From Bdellovibrionales bacterium (GTDB lineage: Bacteria; Bdellovibrionota; Bdellovibrionia; Bdellovibrionales; CAYMLA01), in contig OZ244239.1 of NCBI GenBank assembly GCA_965217115.1, positions 1,184,001 through 1,248,000 of the forward strand: a stretch of DNA of 64,000 nucleotides, read 5' to 3'. A program made the translations under genes and the position numbers. How positions within the stretch are numbered: the stretch's first letter is position 1; each line of letters begins with the position of its first letter. Shown in pieces: positions 1 to 9,208 of the stretch. The notes under the pieces were generated by a model. It was not told the DNA's origin and did not search any database. It was given only the letters and a program-made list of their open reading frames with translations.

Positions 1-86
1 AAATCATTCTCCCTCTCATCCCTCAGGTAAATATTAAATTACTTTTACAAGAGTTAAAACGGTATAAAATTTCTAATGAAGATATT

Positions 87-1235
87 ATGAGCTATGCGCC
101 TATCAATTGGAGTAATGACTCACGTCTATTTACGCCGACACAAATCCACCGCCTTATGAATAGAGTAACTCAATCACACCCCTCATTCCGATTTCAAACT
201 ATGCTAGGTTGGGACACCTATAACTCTTCCATTCCGGACCATCTAGAGGTAGACGCCATCTATAAGCCTTCCTTTAGAAAAACAAGTCCTAGTCCAGAAA
301 AAATCAAAATTTCTGTAATCATTCCCACTTACAATAACAAAAACTACTTAAGTAATGTAATCAGCCATCTTTGTCAGCAGGATTACCCGAAAGAGCAATA
401 TGAGCTCATCATAGTTGACGATGGTAGCACTGATAACACTTTAACGACCATCCAAAATCAACTCAAAAACGAAGATGTTTATCATAAATACATCTTTTTT
501 CCTCGTGGTGAAAAACGCGAGATGGGTGACAATCAGTATCGAGCTGGGTTAGCTCGAAATCTAGGTATGCAAAATGCCTCTGGAAGTATTTATAGTTTCT
601 TAGATTCGGACATCCTCGTCCCCTCTCATTATCTCTCTACAGTAGATAAACAACTTGAGAGCTTTGATGTTTTACAAACCCGACGCTTCGATCTTATAGA
701 ATCCTCTAGCTATCGTTGGACTCAATATAGCCAACTATCACTGAAAGAAGATACTTCTGTTAATTTGATGGGCTACTGGGAGATATTCAATCTAAAGACA
801 CAAGATTGGCAGGCTCTTCAAAATCATTGGAAATACGTCTGCACTCACTCGTTATCATTAAAAGCTTCCTTAATTGACCAAGCGGGCTGGTTTCGACGTA
901 ATTATAATTTTTATGGTTATGAAGATGTTGAACTAGGTCATCAACTTTCTACCCTCGGTGCTCATTTTCACTTACTAGATATACCCACGTATCATCTTTT
1001 TCACCAAACGACCAGATCAGAGTTTCAGAACTCTAGCCTAAAACGTAATCTCGTTCTTTCATATTCATCGGCAATATTTTTTTATAACACTCTATCTAAT
1101 GAAGCTTATAAACACATTCGACCTCACCAGAAAATGGGTAATAAGTTCTATAATAGTCGATTCAGTAAATTAATACGTCGAATTTTTGACAGTTATTTAA
1201 GCTGGTGTACAAAACGAAAACACATCAACAAGTAA
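87..1235 (+). CDS. Glycosyltransferase family 2 (GT-A fold)
   Basis: ISVIIPTYN, IIVDDGSTD, ARNLG, FLDSD (DxD) and YGYEDVELG motifs; paralog of 14115..15464. Confidence 0.9.
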   Translation: MSYAPINWSNDSRLFTPTQIHRLMNRVTQSHPSFRFQTMLGWDTYNSSIPDHLEVDAIYKPSFRKTSPSPEKIKISVIIPTYNNKNYLSNVISHLCQQDYPKEQYELIIVDDGSTDNTLTTIQNQLKNEDVYHKYIFFPRGEKREMGDNQYRAGLARNLGMQNASGSIYSFLDSDILVPSHYLSTVDKQLESFDVLQTRRFDLIESSSYRWTQYSQLSLKEDTSVNLMGYWEIFNLKTQDWQALQNHWKYVCTHSLSLKASLIDQAGWFRRNYNFYGYEDVELGHQLSTLGAHFHLLDIPTYHLFHQTTRSEFQNSSLKRNLVLSYSSAIFFYNTLSNEAYKHIRPHQKMGNKFYNSRFSKLIRRIFDSYLSWCTKRKHINK

Positions 1236-1303
1236 AAATTCAAATGGCACTCCACCAGGATAAAACGAGGGGAATCAAAACCTAAGAAATTAATTAAAAA
1301 AGA

Positions 1304-2755
1304 TTATGGTGGGAGCGAACATGGAGGAAAACCGACATCTGGGCAACTCGAAGTTAAACAGTTATAGTATCCCCCAAGATAATACCCCAAATAAGTTCTG
1401 CCGTAATAACGATATCCTACGGGATTAGAACCGTCATAGCACAGGTATTGAGGACCCCAACCGGGTTGATAAGAACAAAGGTATCCACAGGGGGGTGCTT
1501 CAACTTCACTACGTGCTATTTCAGTAATATAATTTCCTGAAGGGTCGACGACAATAACATCCATTATCATCTCACAACCTAGAGGCATATCGCTATAAGT
1601 GAGAGTTAGCTGTTTTGAATCAGTTATACTCGACGGATCACTTGGCGTCCAACTGGGGGTTGCTGGAGAAACACCACAAAGCTTAGCTTCTGCACAAGGA
1701 GTCCAATCGGCTGTGTACGCTGTGGCAAAACTTCTTCCATCCCATTGACTTTCTCCATGTCCACCATAACAAAGTACGTCGAGTATTTTTTGGGTTGACC
1801 GCTCTTTACACAAAAACAAGGACCCTTTGGGTAAATTACTACTATAACCGATAGTTAGTGTGACATCATCTGTTATCAGAGAGGGGCAGAACCCTGAATA
1901 GTTTTCGTGGGGGTTTGCGAAACTCACATTAGGTGGATTTGTAATGGCAGGAGCCTGATACCAAGTGATAAGCTTGGTTGAAAAGCAACTTAGCATGTTA
2001 GTCTTTGAAGTATCCCTTGGCTCATAGTAATCTATAAATATTTGCACTTTCATCCCATGGTCCGCTAGTGTTGGCGTTTGAAACCACCCATTAGAAAAGA
2101 CATTATTGGAATTACGAGGTATCGGTCTAAAAATAATCGGAGATGGTAGAGCCGTATTTTCAACCCCCGTACTTAAGTTTACGGGAACCATACGAAAGCG
2201 CACTTGATCAAAAATTAAATCAATCTCCGATAAATCAACCAACCCCTCCAAGGCCGAATCAGCAACCCCGGTGTTAGAAGTTAACGCTGAGATATTACTA
2301 TAGTTATTATAAAAAGCAGCTAACCCTCTTAATGCTCCGTTAACTAAAAGAGAGTTGCGCAATGTTGTAAGGGGGGTTGTTGTTGTGTCGATAATAGAAT
2401 GGGAAAAATCATTTTTCCATAATGAACTTTTAGAAATTAAACTACTATCTTGTATTTCAAACGATTCCAAATCAGAGCTTATAATAATGTGTGATCCAGA
2501 TCCAGAAGAGACAAAAGTGTCGGCTATCTCTGTTACATGACCATCAAACTGTAATTTTGTCATGTACGTATTGGCCGCTTGTTCACAAACACCAATGGAG
2601 CGCTTTTTTCTATACAACGTTCTAATATTAGAAAAATCAGTAATTACAAGAGCAAAAATTCCTAAAATTGCTACTCCTATTATAGATTCAATAAGAGAAA
2701 AGCCATCTTGTTTTCTCATCAAAGAAAGCGTGCAGTTTTTTATTCTATCTATCAT
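1304..2755 (-). CDS. Large prepilin-type (type IV minor pilin/pseudopilin) protein with Cys-rich C-terminal domain
   Basis: QDG|FSLIESIIGVAILG prepilin cleavage/methylation motif with E5; start set at ATG 2755, which overlaps the upstream stop (ATGA). Confidence 0.8.
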   Translation of the reverse strand: MIDRIKNCTLSLMRKQDGFSLIESIIGVAILGIFALVITDFSNIRTLYRKKRSIGVCEQAANTYMTKLQFDGHVTEIADTFVSSGSGSHIIISSDLESFEIQDSSLISKSSLWKNDFSHSIIDTTTTPLTTLRNSLLVNGALRGLAAFYNNYSNISALTSNTGVADSALEGLVDLSEIDLIFDQVRFRMVPVNLSTGVENTALPSPIIFRPIPRNSNNVFSNGWFQTPTLADHGMKVQIFIDYYEPRDTSKTNMLSCFSTKLITWYQAPAITNPPNVSFANPHENYSGFCPSLITDDVTLTIGYSSNLPKGSLFLCKERSTQKILDVLCYGGHGESQWDGRSFATAYTADWTPCAEAKLCGVSPATPSWTPSDPSSITDSKQLTLTYSDMPLGCEMIMDVIVVDPSGNYITEIARSEVEAPPCGYLCSYQPGWGPQYLCYDGSNPVGYRYYGRTYLGYYLGGYYNCLTSSCPDVGFPPCSLPP

Positions 2756-3477
2756 AGAATTCCAATTGTTTGCTGTAACCAATCAGATGGGTTTGTAGAG
2801 ACACTCTCACAACTACTTTTTAGGCACATCCTTATTCTATAACATTCAACTCCACTATTGCAACTCACACAGTCCGGAGAACTACAGCCTGTAGGAACAA
2901 AAAAAGTATTTGTTGGTTGTCCTGTTGACAAACTAGGTAAGTGCGATTCAGGCGGGGTTAAATTGCTCGCATAAGCTTTATCAATATAATTAAACGAACT
3001 GAAGGCATTATAGATACTTGTCCACAGTTTTTTCCATACACTTTGAGAGTCTACATAATTTTTATATTGTTTCCTACCTGTATCAAACTTAACAACCTCA
3101 ACATTAATTCTACTATTGTCTAAACAGATGCTATCGTCTGGGAAAAGACTACTCTCAAAACACTTTATCCCTCCATTCTTCGTAGTATTATTATCAGGCG
3201 TTACACAAAATACTGGGTTAAGATTATTGGGAATGGAGTTCATTCCCGGCGGACAAGTGCCTCCATTGTTTCTTAATGTATCAACACCTACTCGTATCAA
3301 AATTGACATTTGTTCTGAAATCTCGATTGAGGCTATAGCTATTTTAGTCCTATTTAAGAGACGCAAACTCCACAGGAAGCCCCTGTCTGCTTGAAGAATG
3401 ACCAATGTTGCCACTAACATCATTGTAACTGCAATTAAAATAGTAGCTATTCCATTTTCATTTTTTCTTAAGTTCAT
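2752..3477 (-). CDS. PilX/GspK-like minor pilin
   Basis: KNENG|IATILIAVTMMLVATLVIL: class III signal-like, lacking E5 as in PilX/GspK; middle gene of the pilin triad; Cys-rich C-terminus. Confidence 0.6.
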   Translation of the reverse strand: MNLRKNENGIATILIAVTMMLVATLVILQADRGFLWSLRLLNRTKIAIASIEISEQMSILIRVGVDTLRNNGGTCPPGMNSIPNNLNPVFCVTPDNNTTKNGGIKCFESSLFPDDSICLDNSRINVEVVKFDTGRKQYKNYVDSQSVWKKLWTSIYNAFSSFNYIDKAYASNLTPPESHLPSLSTGQPTNTFFVPTGCSSPDCVSCNSGVECYRIRMCLKSSCESVSTNPSDWLQQTIGIL

Positions 3478-3478
3478 A

Positions 3479-4294
3479 TTAAAAACTCGGTAGAATACTA
3501 CGATAAAAATGAATTAAACCGTGTAATCGTGACTTATAGTTACCGATCGTGTACCCATAAGCATTATTTCTTAAGGTAACACTAAAAGCTCGTTTGATAT
3601 CATAAAAATCTGCCATACTAGGGCAAATAGAAGATTCGATCTGTTCCATAGAACAAAAATTACGCGGACTCTTCTGACTACCAAAATAGCGCAAAACCAC
3701 ATTAAACTCGACGCTTATAGGCCGGTTATCTACATGCTGAATTCTCTTAACTTCAAATGCGACTATGTTATCAATAAAATAATCACCATAATCTGGCTCA
3801 ACAACACCGTCACTGTCTTTCGTCACTGTTCCACTAGAATTTCGATGGCCACCTGGATCAATGAAAAGAACCCCCGAAGTGTTCTGCGTCGGCTCAGCAT
3901 AGAAAATACCTGTTGGTAAAATCTGAGCATCATCAGCTCCAACTTCTCTATTAAATACTGCAATAGTTTTTATTCTCGGAAATGGGGGGGAAAGAACAGC
4001 TTCATTCGAAGAAAACTCTCGGATTCTCCCTTCTCCGGTTGTCATATTAAAACTATCCAAATCGGTCGTGCTTAAAGTAACATTCATTGCTTGCTGTAAC
4101 GTCTTTCTTAACTCCAAGTCCAGTCTCATTAAGCTTATCTCTGTATTAATATGATTTCTTATCGACAAGGCACTAGAAAGTTGAATAAGCATCAACGAAT
4201 ATATGCCAAGAATCACAATGGAGGAGACGGTAAGAGCAATTAATAACTCAACCAATGTGGCCCCTTTATTATTAATCAAGACTCGTCTGAGCAT
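3479..4294 (-). CDS. PilW/GspJ-like minor pilin
   Basis: NNKG|ATLVELLIALTVSSIVILG prepilin motif with E5. Confidence 0.8.
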   Translation of the reverse strand: MLRRVLINNKGATLVELLIALTVSSIVILGIYSLMLIQLSSALSIRNHINTEISLMRLDLELRKTLQQAMNVTLSTTDLDSFNMTTGEGRIREFSSNEAVLSPPFPRIKTIAVFNREVGADDAQILPTGIFYAEPTQNTSGVLFIDPGGHRNSSGTVTKDSDGVVEPDYGDYFIDNIVAFEVKRIQHVDNRPISVEFNVVLRYFGSQKSPRNFCSMEQIESSICPSMADFYDIKRAFSVTLRNNAYGYTIGNYKSRLHGLIHFYRSILPSF

Positions 4295-4409
4295 CCCCCT
4301 TCCCCTATATGCAACACAAGTAGAACTTTCAATATTCTACAGTTTCACCAAATCTACTAGTAATATCTAGCCAATCGTTACTCTCTCTCTCTAGATATAA
4401 TGCCATATA

Positions 4410-4706
4410 TTAGGCAATTCGTCTACATTTCAACTCTAATTTAGAGACATCTGATTTTATATAAGCCTCAAAGGCTTCCCATTTATGAACTCCTTAATAA
4501 AACCATGATTCTTCGTTTTTGGAATAATGAGTATGAAAAATATCTTGCCCAGTCATCTCTCCGTCAAATACGGCATAGTTGATACTTTCTGCGGATAATT
4601 CGTAAAATCTCCTTGCTTGCCTCGTTTTCTGAGCAAGTTTAAATGTCTCTCCTACTATTGCCAGAGGGGGTGTTTCTATCCTAAGCTGTAGCAGCTTGGA
4701 ATAGCT
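4410..4706 (-). pseudogene. Possible decayed gene fragment, family not recognised
   Basis: About 70 open codons (..AIVGETFKLAQKTRQARRFYELSAESINYAVFDGEMTGQDIFHTHY..), an in-frame TAA at 4494-4496, then 27 further codons; no upstream start codon in frame. Confidence 0.25.
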
Positions 4707-4786
4707 TTACATGATATTCCCAGTTAACGACCTTTATCTAGTTAATTCCTGTCTGTCACCTCCTTTGTATCGATGACGTATTTTTA

Positions 4787-4990
4787 AATACCTCTCTAAA
4801 ATAGCTACCATAAAATAAGTTAAGCTTTTAGAATATCTGAACAAAGGAGTTTTTTAATGGCATACAAGAAATACACGACAATTGGATTTTTTTTAGGACA
4901 GTGCATAACAAAAAAAGGCTAGAGAAGAGTTGATTTGGCGATCCAAATTTTCTGGCAAAGACTTTATCTGCCCCAACTGCCTTATCACTG
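4787..4990 (+). mobile_element. IS1595-family remnant: terminal repeat plus frameshifted transposase N-terminus
   Basis: 24 bp AATACCTCTCTAAAATAGCTACCA (22/24 match to 6658..6681); AAGGAG RBS and ATG at 4857; frameshifted REELIWRSKFSGKDFICPNC (4921-4980) resembles the IS1595 Zn-ribbon RW..GF.CP.C. Confidence 0.6.
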
Positions 4991-5077
4991 GAAGAGGGAA
5001 TCCTCCCTTTAAATTTTTTGCTGAAGTTTTTTAATTGTTTTAATTTTTTGCATTACAGTGTCCCGAATAAATTGTGT

Positions 5078-5692
5078 ATGAATAAAAGAATAGTCACTAA
5101 TATTTTTATAGCGATAACATTGGGTGGAGCCTATACTGTAGGTTACTTTGAGAAGTATATTGATAGTCGCAATTGGGACGTGACCCCCTATATCTCCGAT
5201 CCTTTATTTAAAGACGACATTCGTTCAACCAGAAATATACGTTTTTGGCCGTTTTCCCGTTTTGCTGTGTTTAGCGATCCCTACGGCAAGAATAATAATG
5301 TCAATAGGGTTGAAGCAAGAGGGGTGACTGAGTCTGGTGAGGAAGTCATTTTGAACATAGCTAAAACATTTTATCCACTGTGGGAAAATGGATTACATAG
5401 GGGGTTAAAAAGATCAATAATTCGTGGATATGACCCCAAGAAGGTATTAGATAGTCTTGGAGGCCTTTACTATAGAAGGTTTATGAAGTACGCATGGCAA
5501 AACAATCCAGAAATGAGAGAACGCTATCCACGTATTACAAAAATTAACTGGTATATTCAATTATGGAAGTTTGGAGAGTGGGTTGATTTTCGTAAAGAGC
5601 ATGAGCATTTTTCAGATTGGTTTGATTTTAAAAAGTACCCTCAAAAACCTATTTATCATAACCTTTATCATACTAGTGTAGTACGTCCGTGA
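5078..5692 (+). CDS. Membrane-anchored partner of the HTTM-domain protein
   Basis: N-terminal hydrophobic anchor; FWPFSRFAVFS resembles the WPFS.Y.M.S-type motif of HTTM-associated domains; GTGA overlap with the next gene; ATG 5078 preferred over TTG 5018. Confidence 0.55.
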   Translation: MNKRIVTNIFIAITLGGAYTVGYFEKYIDSRNWDVTPYISDPLFKDDIRSTRNIRFWPFSRFAVFSDPYGKNNNVNRVEARGVTESGEEVILNIAKTFYPLWENGLHRGLKRSIIRGYDPKKVLDSLGGLYYRRFMKYAWQNNPEMRERYPRITKINWYIQLWKFGEWVDFRKEHEHFSDWFDFKKYPQKPIYHNLYHTSVVRP

Positions 5693-6621
5693 ACTGGTTT
5701 TTTGAAAAGTGGAATACTTTTTGGTACGCTCCAGCTTCTCCTATAAACTTGGGAGTGTCGCGGGCTTTGTATTGTTTGTTCATGGCGCAGTACACTTGGT
5801 TTTTTGATCGGTTTTCACGTTATTGGTTTGATTTACCCGAAATATGGTGGACACCTAATTGGCTTATGTCTTTCTTTGAGTATATTCCAGTTACAGTGGA
5901 TCAATATTTGTTTTTGCATACGGTTTTAGCAATTCTCTTTTTACTTTCTGGGCTTGGGGTTTTTACTCGCTGGTCACTCTTTTTTTGTGCAATCTTAGCA
6001 ACTTTTATCTATGCAGCTAGAGCTTCATTCATGGAACCTCAACATGACAATCTCGTGGTAGCTCCTATATTGTGGGTTTTTGCTTTATCCAAAAGTGGAG
6101 ACGCATTTGCGCTTGATCGAATTTGGAAAAAAAGAAATTTCCAACTAAGTGGCGAATACACTTGGCCCATAAAATTATTATGCCTTTTGTGTGTAAGTTA
6201 CTATACATCCGCAGGAGTATCAAAAATAGTGACTTCGGGTTGGGAGTGGTTGTGGGGTGATACACTTTTAAATTATTTTATTTTTTCTTACTATAAGACA
6301 GACACTGATTGGATTGGTTTATTTCTAGGGGTTGGTTTGTTTTTTGCTCAGTTTCCACTTTTATGTAAAATTGGAGGGGCATTTACTATTTTTGTAGAAG
6401 TGATTCAACCCTTTGCGATATTTAATAAATGGCTTCGGCGAATTTTTGTTCCCTTAATGGTGCTTTTGCAGTTTGGATTTCATGTGACTTGCGCCAACGG
6501 ATTTTTTAATATGATTGCTGTTTTTTTTTCGTGGATGAATTGGGAATTCTTGTTTAAAAAATTAAATTGGTTTCAATCGAAAAGTTCTTCTGATCTAAAT
6601 AAATCTGAGAATAAGCTCTAA
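5689..6621 (+). CDS. HTTM-domain (horizontally transferred transmembrane; VKGC-like) membrane protein
   Basis: W..FW..P.S...LG..R, GVFTR, H(DN), FALD, WPIKL, Y..AG.SK....G.EW..G, and E...PF motifs; multiple transmembrane segments. Confidence 0.8.
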   Translation: MNWFFEKWNTFWYAPASPINLGVSRALYCLFMAQYTWFFDRFSRYWFDLPEIWWTPNWLMSFFEYIPVTVDQYLFLHTVLAILFLLSGLGVFTRWSLFFCAILATFIYAARASFMEPQHDNLVVAPILWVFALSKSGDAFALDRIWKKRNFQLSGEYTWPIKLLCLLCVSYYTSAGVSKIVTSGWEWLWGDTLLNYFIFSYYKTDTDWIGLFLGVGLFFAQFPLLCKIGGAFTIFVEVIQPFAIFNKWLRRIFVPLMVLLQFGFHVTCANGFFNMIAVFFSWMNWEFLFKKLNWFQSKSSSDLNKSENKL

Positions 6622-6657
6622 GAGAGCGAGAAGCAAGGCGTTACATTTGAACGATTG

Positions 6658-6770
6658 AATGCCTATCTAAAATAGCTACCAAGGTTTAAGCAGCTGTACA
6701 CGCAACCAAAGCTCCAGACTCTATATTTTTATCTACAAACTCTTGGACATTTTGCTTCTTCTCAGGCTCA
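6658..6770 (-). mobile_element. IS1595-family remnant: terminal repeat plus internal transposase fragment
   Basis: AATGCCTATCTAAAATAGCTACCA at 6658-6681, whose start fits the nnnGcnTATC end pattern I recall for the ISSod11 group; minus-strand EPEKKQNVQEFVDKNIESGALV resembles the F...N.E.GS.V segment of the IS1595 DDE domain. Confidence 0.55.
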
Positions 6771-7015
6771 ACACTTAGAGTTTTCTAGAGCCGTTCCCAT
6801 CCTCATCCCCACCAAAGAATGGCAATCTTGGCATTTTTTTTTATAAGAAGTAACTTGGTAACTCTCCCACAATAGGGCAATATATTGAGGTACAGCTTCG
6901 TGATTCATCGTTGGATTCCTTCGTTGTTTCAATGCCTTAAACATGATGAGTGTGGTAACCCTCAATATGAGGCAATTCGATCGAGGTGAATTAACGTTTC
7001 ACTCACGGGTAGTAT

Positions 7016-7044
7016 TTGACACATGGTGCGCAATGTTATACGGT
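7016..7044 (+). promoter_or_regulatory. Candidate sigma70 promoter for the 7165-13910 operon
   Basis: TTGACA-N17-TACGGT about 120 nt upstream of ATG 7165. Confidence 0.5.
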
Positions 7045-7164
7045 TTACAGAGTGAGAACTGGTGTTGTCAGCGGGGGAGGGACCTTTTACTCTTCGTGAA
7101 GGTATGAGGTAAAGCTCAGTGGTTTTTATACATTATAGAGAAGTTTTATTCTTTGGAGTGATAA

Positions 7165-8052
7165 ATGAATAGACGTTGTTTTGTCCTTGGTGGCTTGCTT
7201 GGTGGGGTGAGTTTGACTCTCCCTAAAATTTTCGAATTGAACAGATTATCTAATGTGAACAGAGGGAGAACCATTGTTTATGGAGCCTCTCAATCAGGAA
7301 CTCTAAAACTTGCTGCAGCTCTTAAGGGAGAGTATCTTGGGAATTCTAATGCGAGTTATCTAGGAAATTATTTTAATATTTTTGGTTCACTTTTTAAGTC
7401 GGATATTGAATCCACAGCTATTCCTTGCGTGAAAAAGCAGTCTTTCCCAGGCTGTTATAAAACTAATTTTAGATTAGAACGGAATAGAATTGTTGAGTTT
7501 AAAGATTTTGTTAAAGAACCGTTCTCAGAGAGGAAGGAGCTTCTAAGAAGAGAGGAATTACTTAGAAAGTCTAATGAATCCCATCTTATTGTCGTCTCTA
7601 GTTGGGTAGACGCTCATGATGACGTTGGAGTGTGTGATCGATTACTAAATAATCCGAAAAATAATATTTATGTGGTTGTGCCGAGTAATATTGAGAAACT
7701 TTTACTTAGGCAAGCTCTAGCTGATGTCACAGATATTTGGTCCAGGCCAGTTGGTCTACCTAAACTAGATCCAGAAGGTTTAACAGCTCCTTCGTCAATT
7801 GTTTTTGAAGATGTTAAATTGGAATTACTTGCATTCAAACGAAGACTTTCGATTCCCCATGCTAAATATGTCTTTTCTTCGCAATTAGAAGATAAGAGAG
7901 ATATTTTGCAAGTTATTGGCAAGAATGGTTCTGGCAGCTGGAATGATAAAGAGAACTTTGAACCTGAGTTTAGAAAAAAGCTGCGAGATTATTTCACTAA
8001 TCGTAAAGAAATACTTACTATGGTTTCTAAACTTGAAAGAGTAATTGCTTAG
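7165..8052 (+). CDS. Putative Tat-exported protein with degenerate sulfotransferase (Stf0-like) fold
   Basis: MNRRCFVLGG twin-arginine signal; IVYGASQSGTLKL resembles the (R)SGT..L PAPS loop; YLGNYFN resembles LGE.FN; LLRQALADVTDIW resembles Q..S...A..T..W. Confidence 0.45.
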   Translation: MNRRCFVLGGLLGGVSLTLPKIFELNRLSNVNRGRTIVYGASQSGTLKLAAALKGEYLGNSNASYLGNYFNIFGSLFKSDIESTAIPCVKKQSFPGCYKTNFRLERNRIVEFKDFVKEPFSERKELLRREELLRKSNESHLIVVSSWVDAHDDVGVCDRLLNNPKNNIYVVVPSNIEKLLLRQALADVTDIWSRPVGLPKLDPEGLTAPSSIVFEDVKLELLAFKRRLSIPHAKYVFSSQLEDKRDILQVIGKNGSGSWNDKENFEPEFRKKLRDYFTNRKEILTMVSKLERVIA

Positions 8053-8118
8053 ATCTAGTGGCGACGGACGTTTCGAGTATTTGAAAATAATTAGTAAAGA
8101 TGTCTTTTGGACTTAATA

Positions 8119-9207
8119 ATGGCTGTGAGTGTAAGAGTTAACGAAGATGTTTTTTGGACTTATAACGGTGATAAATATAAGAATAAATGGCATCTCTTTA
8201 GTAGTACAAAAGGCAGTACCCAAGGAGTGGGGTTTCATTACCATGATGAGTCTTTTTCCTTATTTGATTGGAGTAAAGAACCTGAGGCCTCTTGGGAGAC
8301 TATTCTTAAATCAAGAGCAGAACAGTTAAGACAAAAATATGGCTATATAAGATTATTTTATAGCGGAGGTGTTGATTCTCAAACAATGCTTGAAACCTTT
8401 ATTAAGAACAAGATCTTCTTAGATGAAATTCTTGTATTTAGAGGGTCAGTATGGACAGATGATTTAGAGAGTGACCCCGCGGAAGTTGAGGTGACACAGG
8501 TTGCTCTTCCCTATCTTAAATCAATTAAAAACTTAATTCCTCGTACAAAGATAACTGTACTTAAAACCTCTGTAGATAGACTCACTAACGAGGTTAGCGA
8601 AAAGTATTTCTATGAAGAGAGTACCTTTGCTTTAAGGGCTTGGAGAGAAAAGCACCTCTATGCATTTCATCCTGAATTATATAAGCCTTTTGAGAAAGGA
8701 CTTTATCATTGTGATTTGAGGGGCGGAGATAAACCAAGGGTCCTCAAAATGGACAACAAATACTTTATGGCCATGTGGGATGGAAGTCGTATTTGGGAAG
8801 TTGGAGATCGGTTTTTAGAAAATTTCTATCTGTCTCCTGAGTTTCCCGAAATTCACTCAAAGCAATGTCACATGATAAAAAACTTTATAAAAATGGATTC
8901 TAAAGACGGCGAGTGTATTAAAAAGTATTTTGATGTCTTTGACGGAGGAGAAATTGAAACTATTAATAAAATTTGTAGAGTGCCGAGATTTAAAGAAATT
9001 AATTTAGGAAAAGGAACTAGCGGTGTAAGTTCTCGTAAACAGATAATCGTTTTGAACAGTGCAAAAAAGTACAATAAAAAATTATATGAGCTATGGATGA
9101 GTTTTATTCGCAATGAAGGGGTGGTTTACCCTCAACGCTTCAACAATAATGATATTTGGAGTGATTTTGTCGGTGTTTTGTCCAAAAAATATTGGCTTGG
9201 TGAGTAA
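8119..9207 (+). CDS. PP-loop (adenine nucleotide alpha-hydrolase superfamily) ATP-binding protein
   Basis: IRLFYSGGVDSQTML PP-loop preceded by FDWSKEP..W...K.RA.QLR.KY; ATG 8119 preferred over TTG 8107. Confidence 0.7.
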   Translation: MAVSVRVNEDVFWTYNGDKYKNKWHLFSSTKGSTQGVGFHYHDESFSLFDWSKEPEASWETILKSRAEQLRQKYGYIRLFYSGGVDSQTMLETFIKNKIFLDEILVFRGSVWTDDLESDPAEVEVTQVALPYLKSIKNLIPRTKITVLKTSVDRLTNEVSEKYFYEESTFALRAWREKHLYAFHPELYKPFEKGLYHCDLRGGDKPRVLKMDNKYFMAMWDGSRIWEVGDRFLENFYLSPEFPEIHSKQCHMIKNFIKMDSKDGECIKKYFDVFDGGEIETINKICRVPRFKEINLGKGTSGVSSRKQIIVLNSAKKYNKKLYELWMSFIRNEGVVYPQRFNNNDIWSDFVGVLSKKYWLGE

Positions 9208-9208
9208 A

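Noticed and set aside
1245..1261. tRNA 3'-end fragment as an att site (minus strand ATCCTGGTGGAGTGCCA)
   Set aside because: It does not match the tRNA-Ser 3' end in this window and is one base short of T-stem + acceptor + discriminator + CCA; likely chance.
4787..6681. Intact composite transposon carrying the HTTM pair
   Set aside because: The two repeats are in direct rather than inverted orientation, the transposase pieces are short and broken, and I saw no target-site duplication.
7025..7052. dif/Xer-like site (GGTGCGCA..)
   Set aside because: Only 8 nt resemble the XerC arm and the XerD arm is absent; the sequence is better explained as the spacer of a TTGACA-N17-TACGGT promoter.
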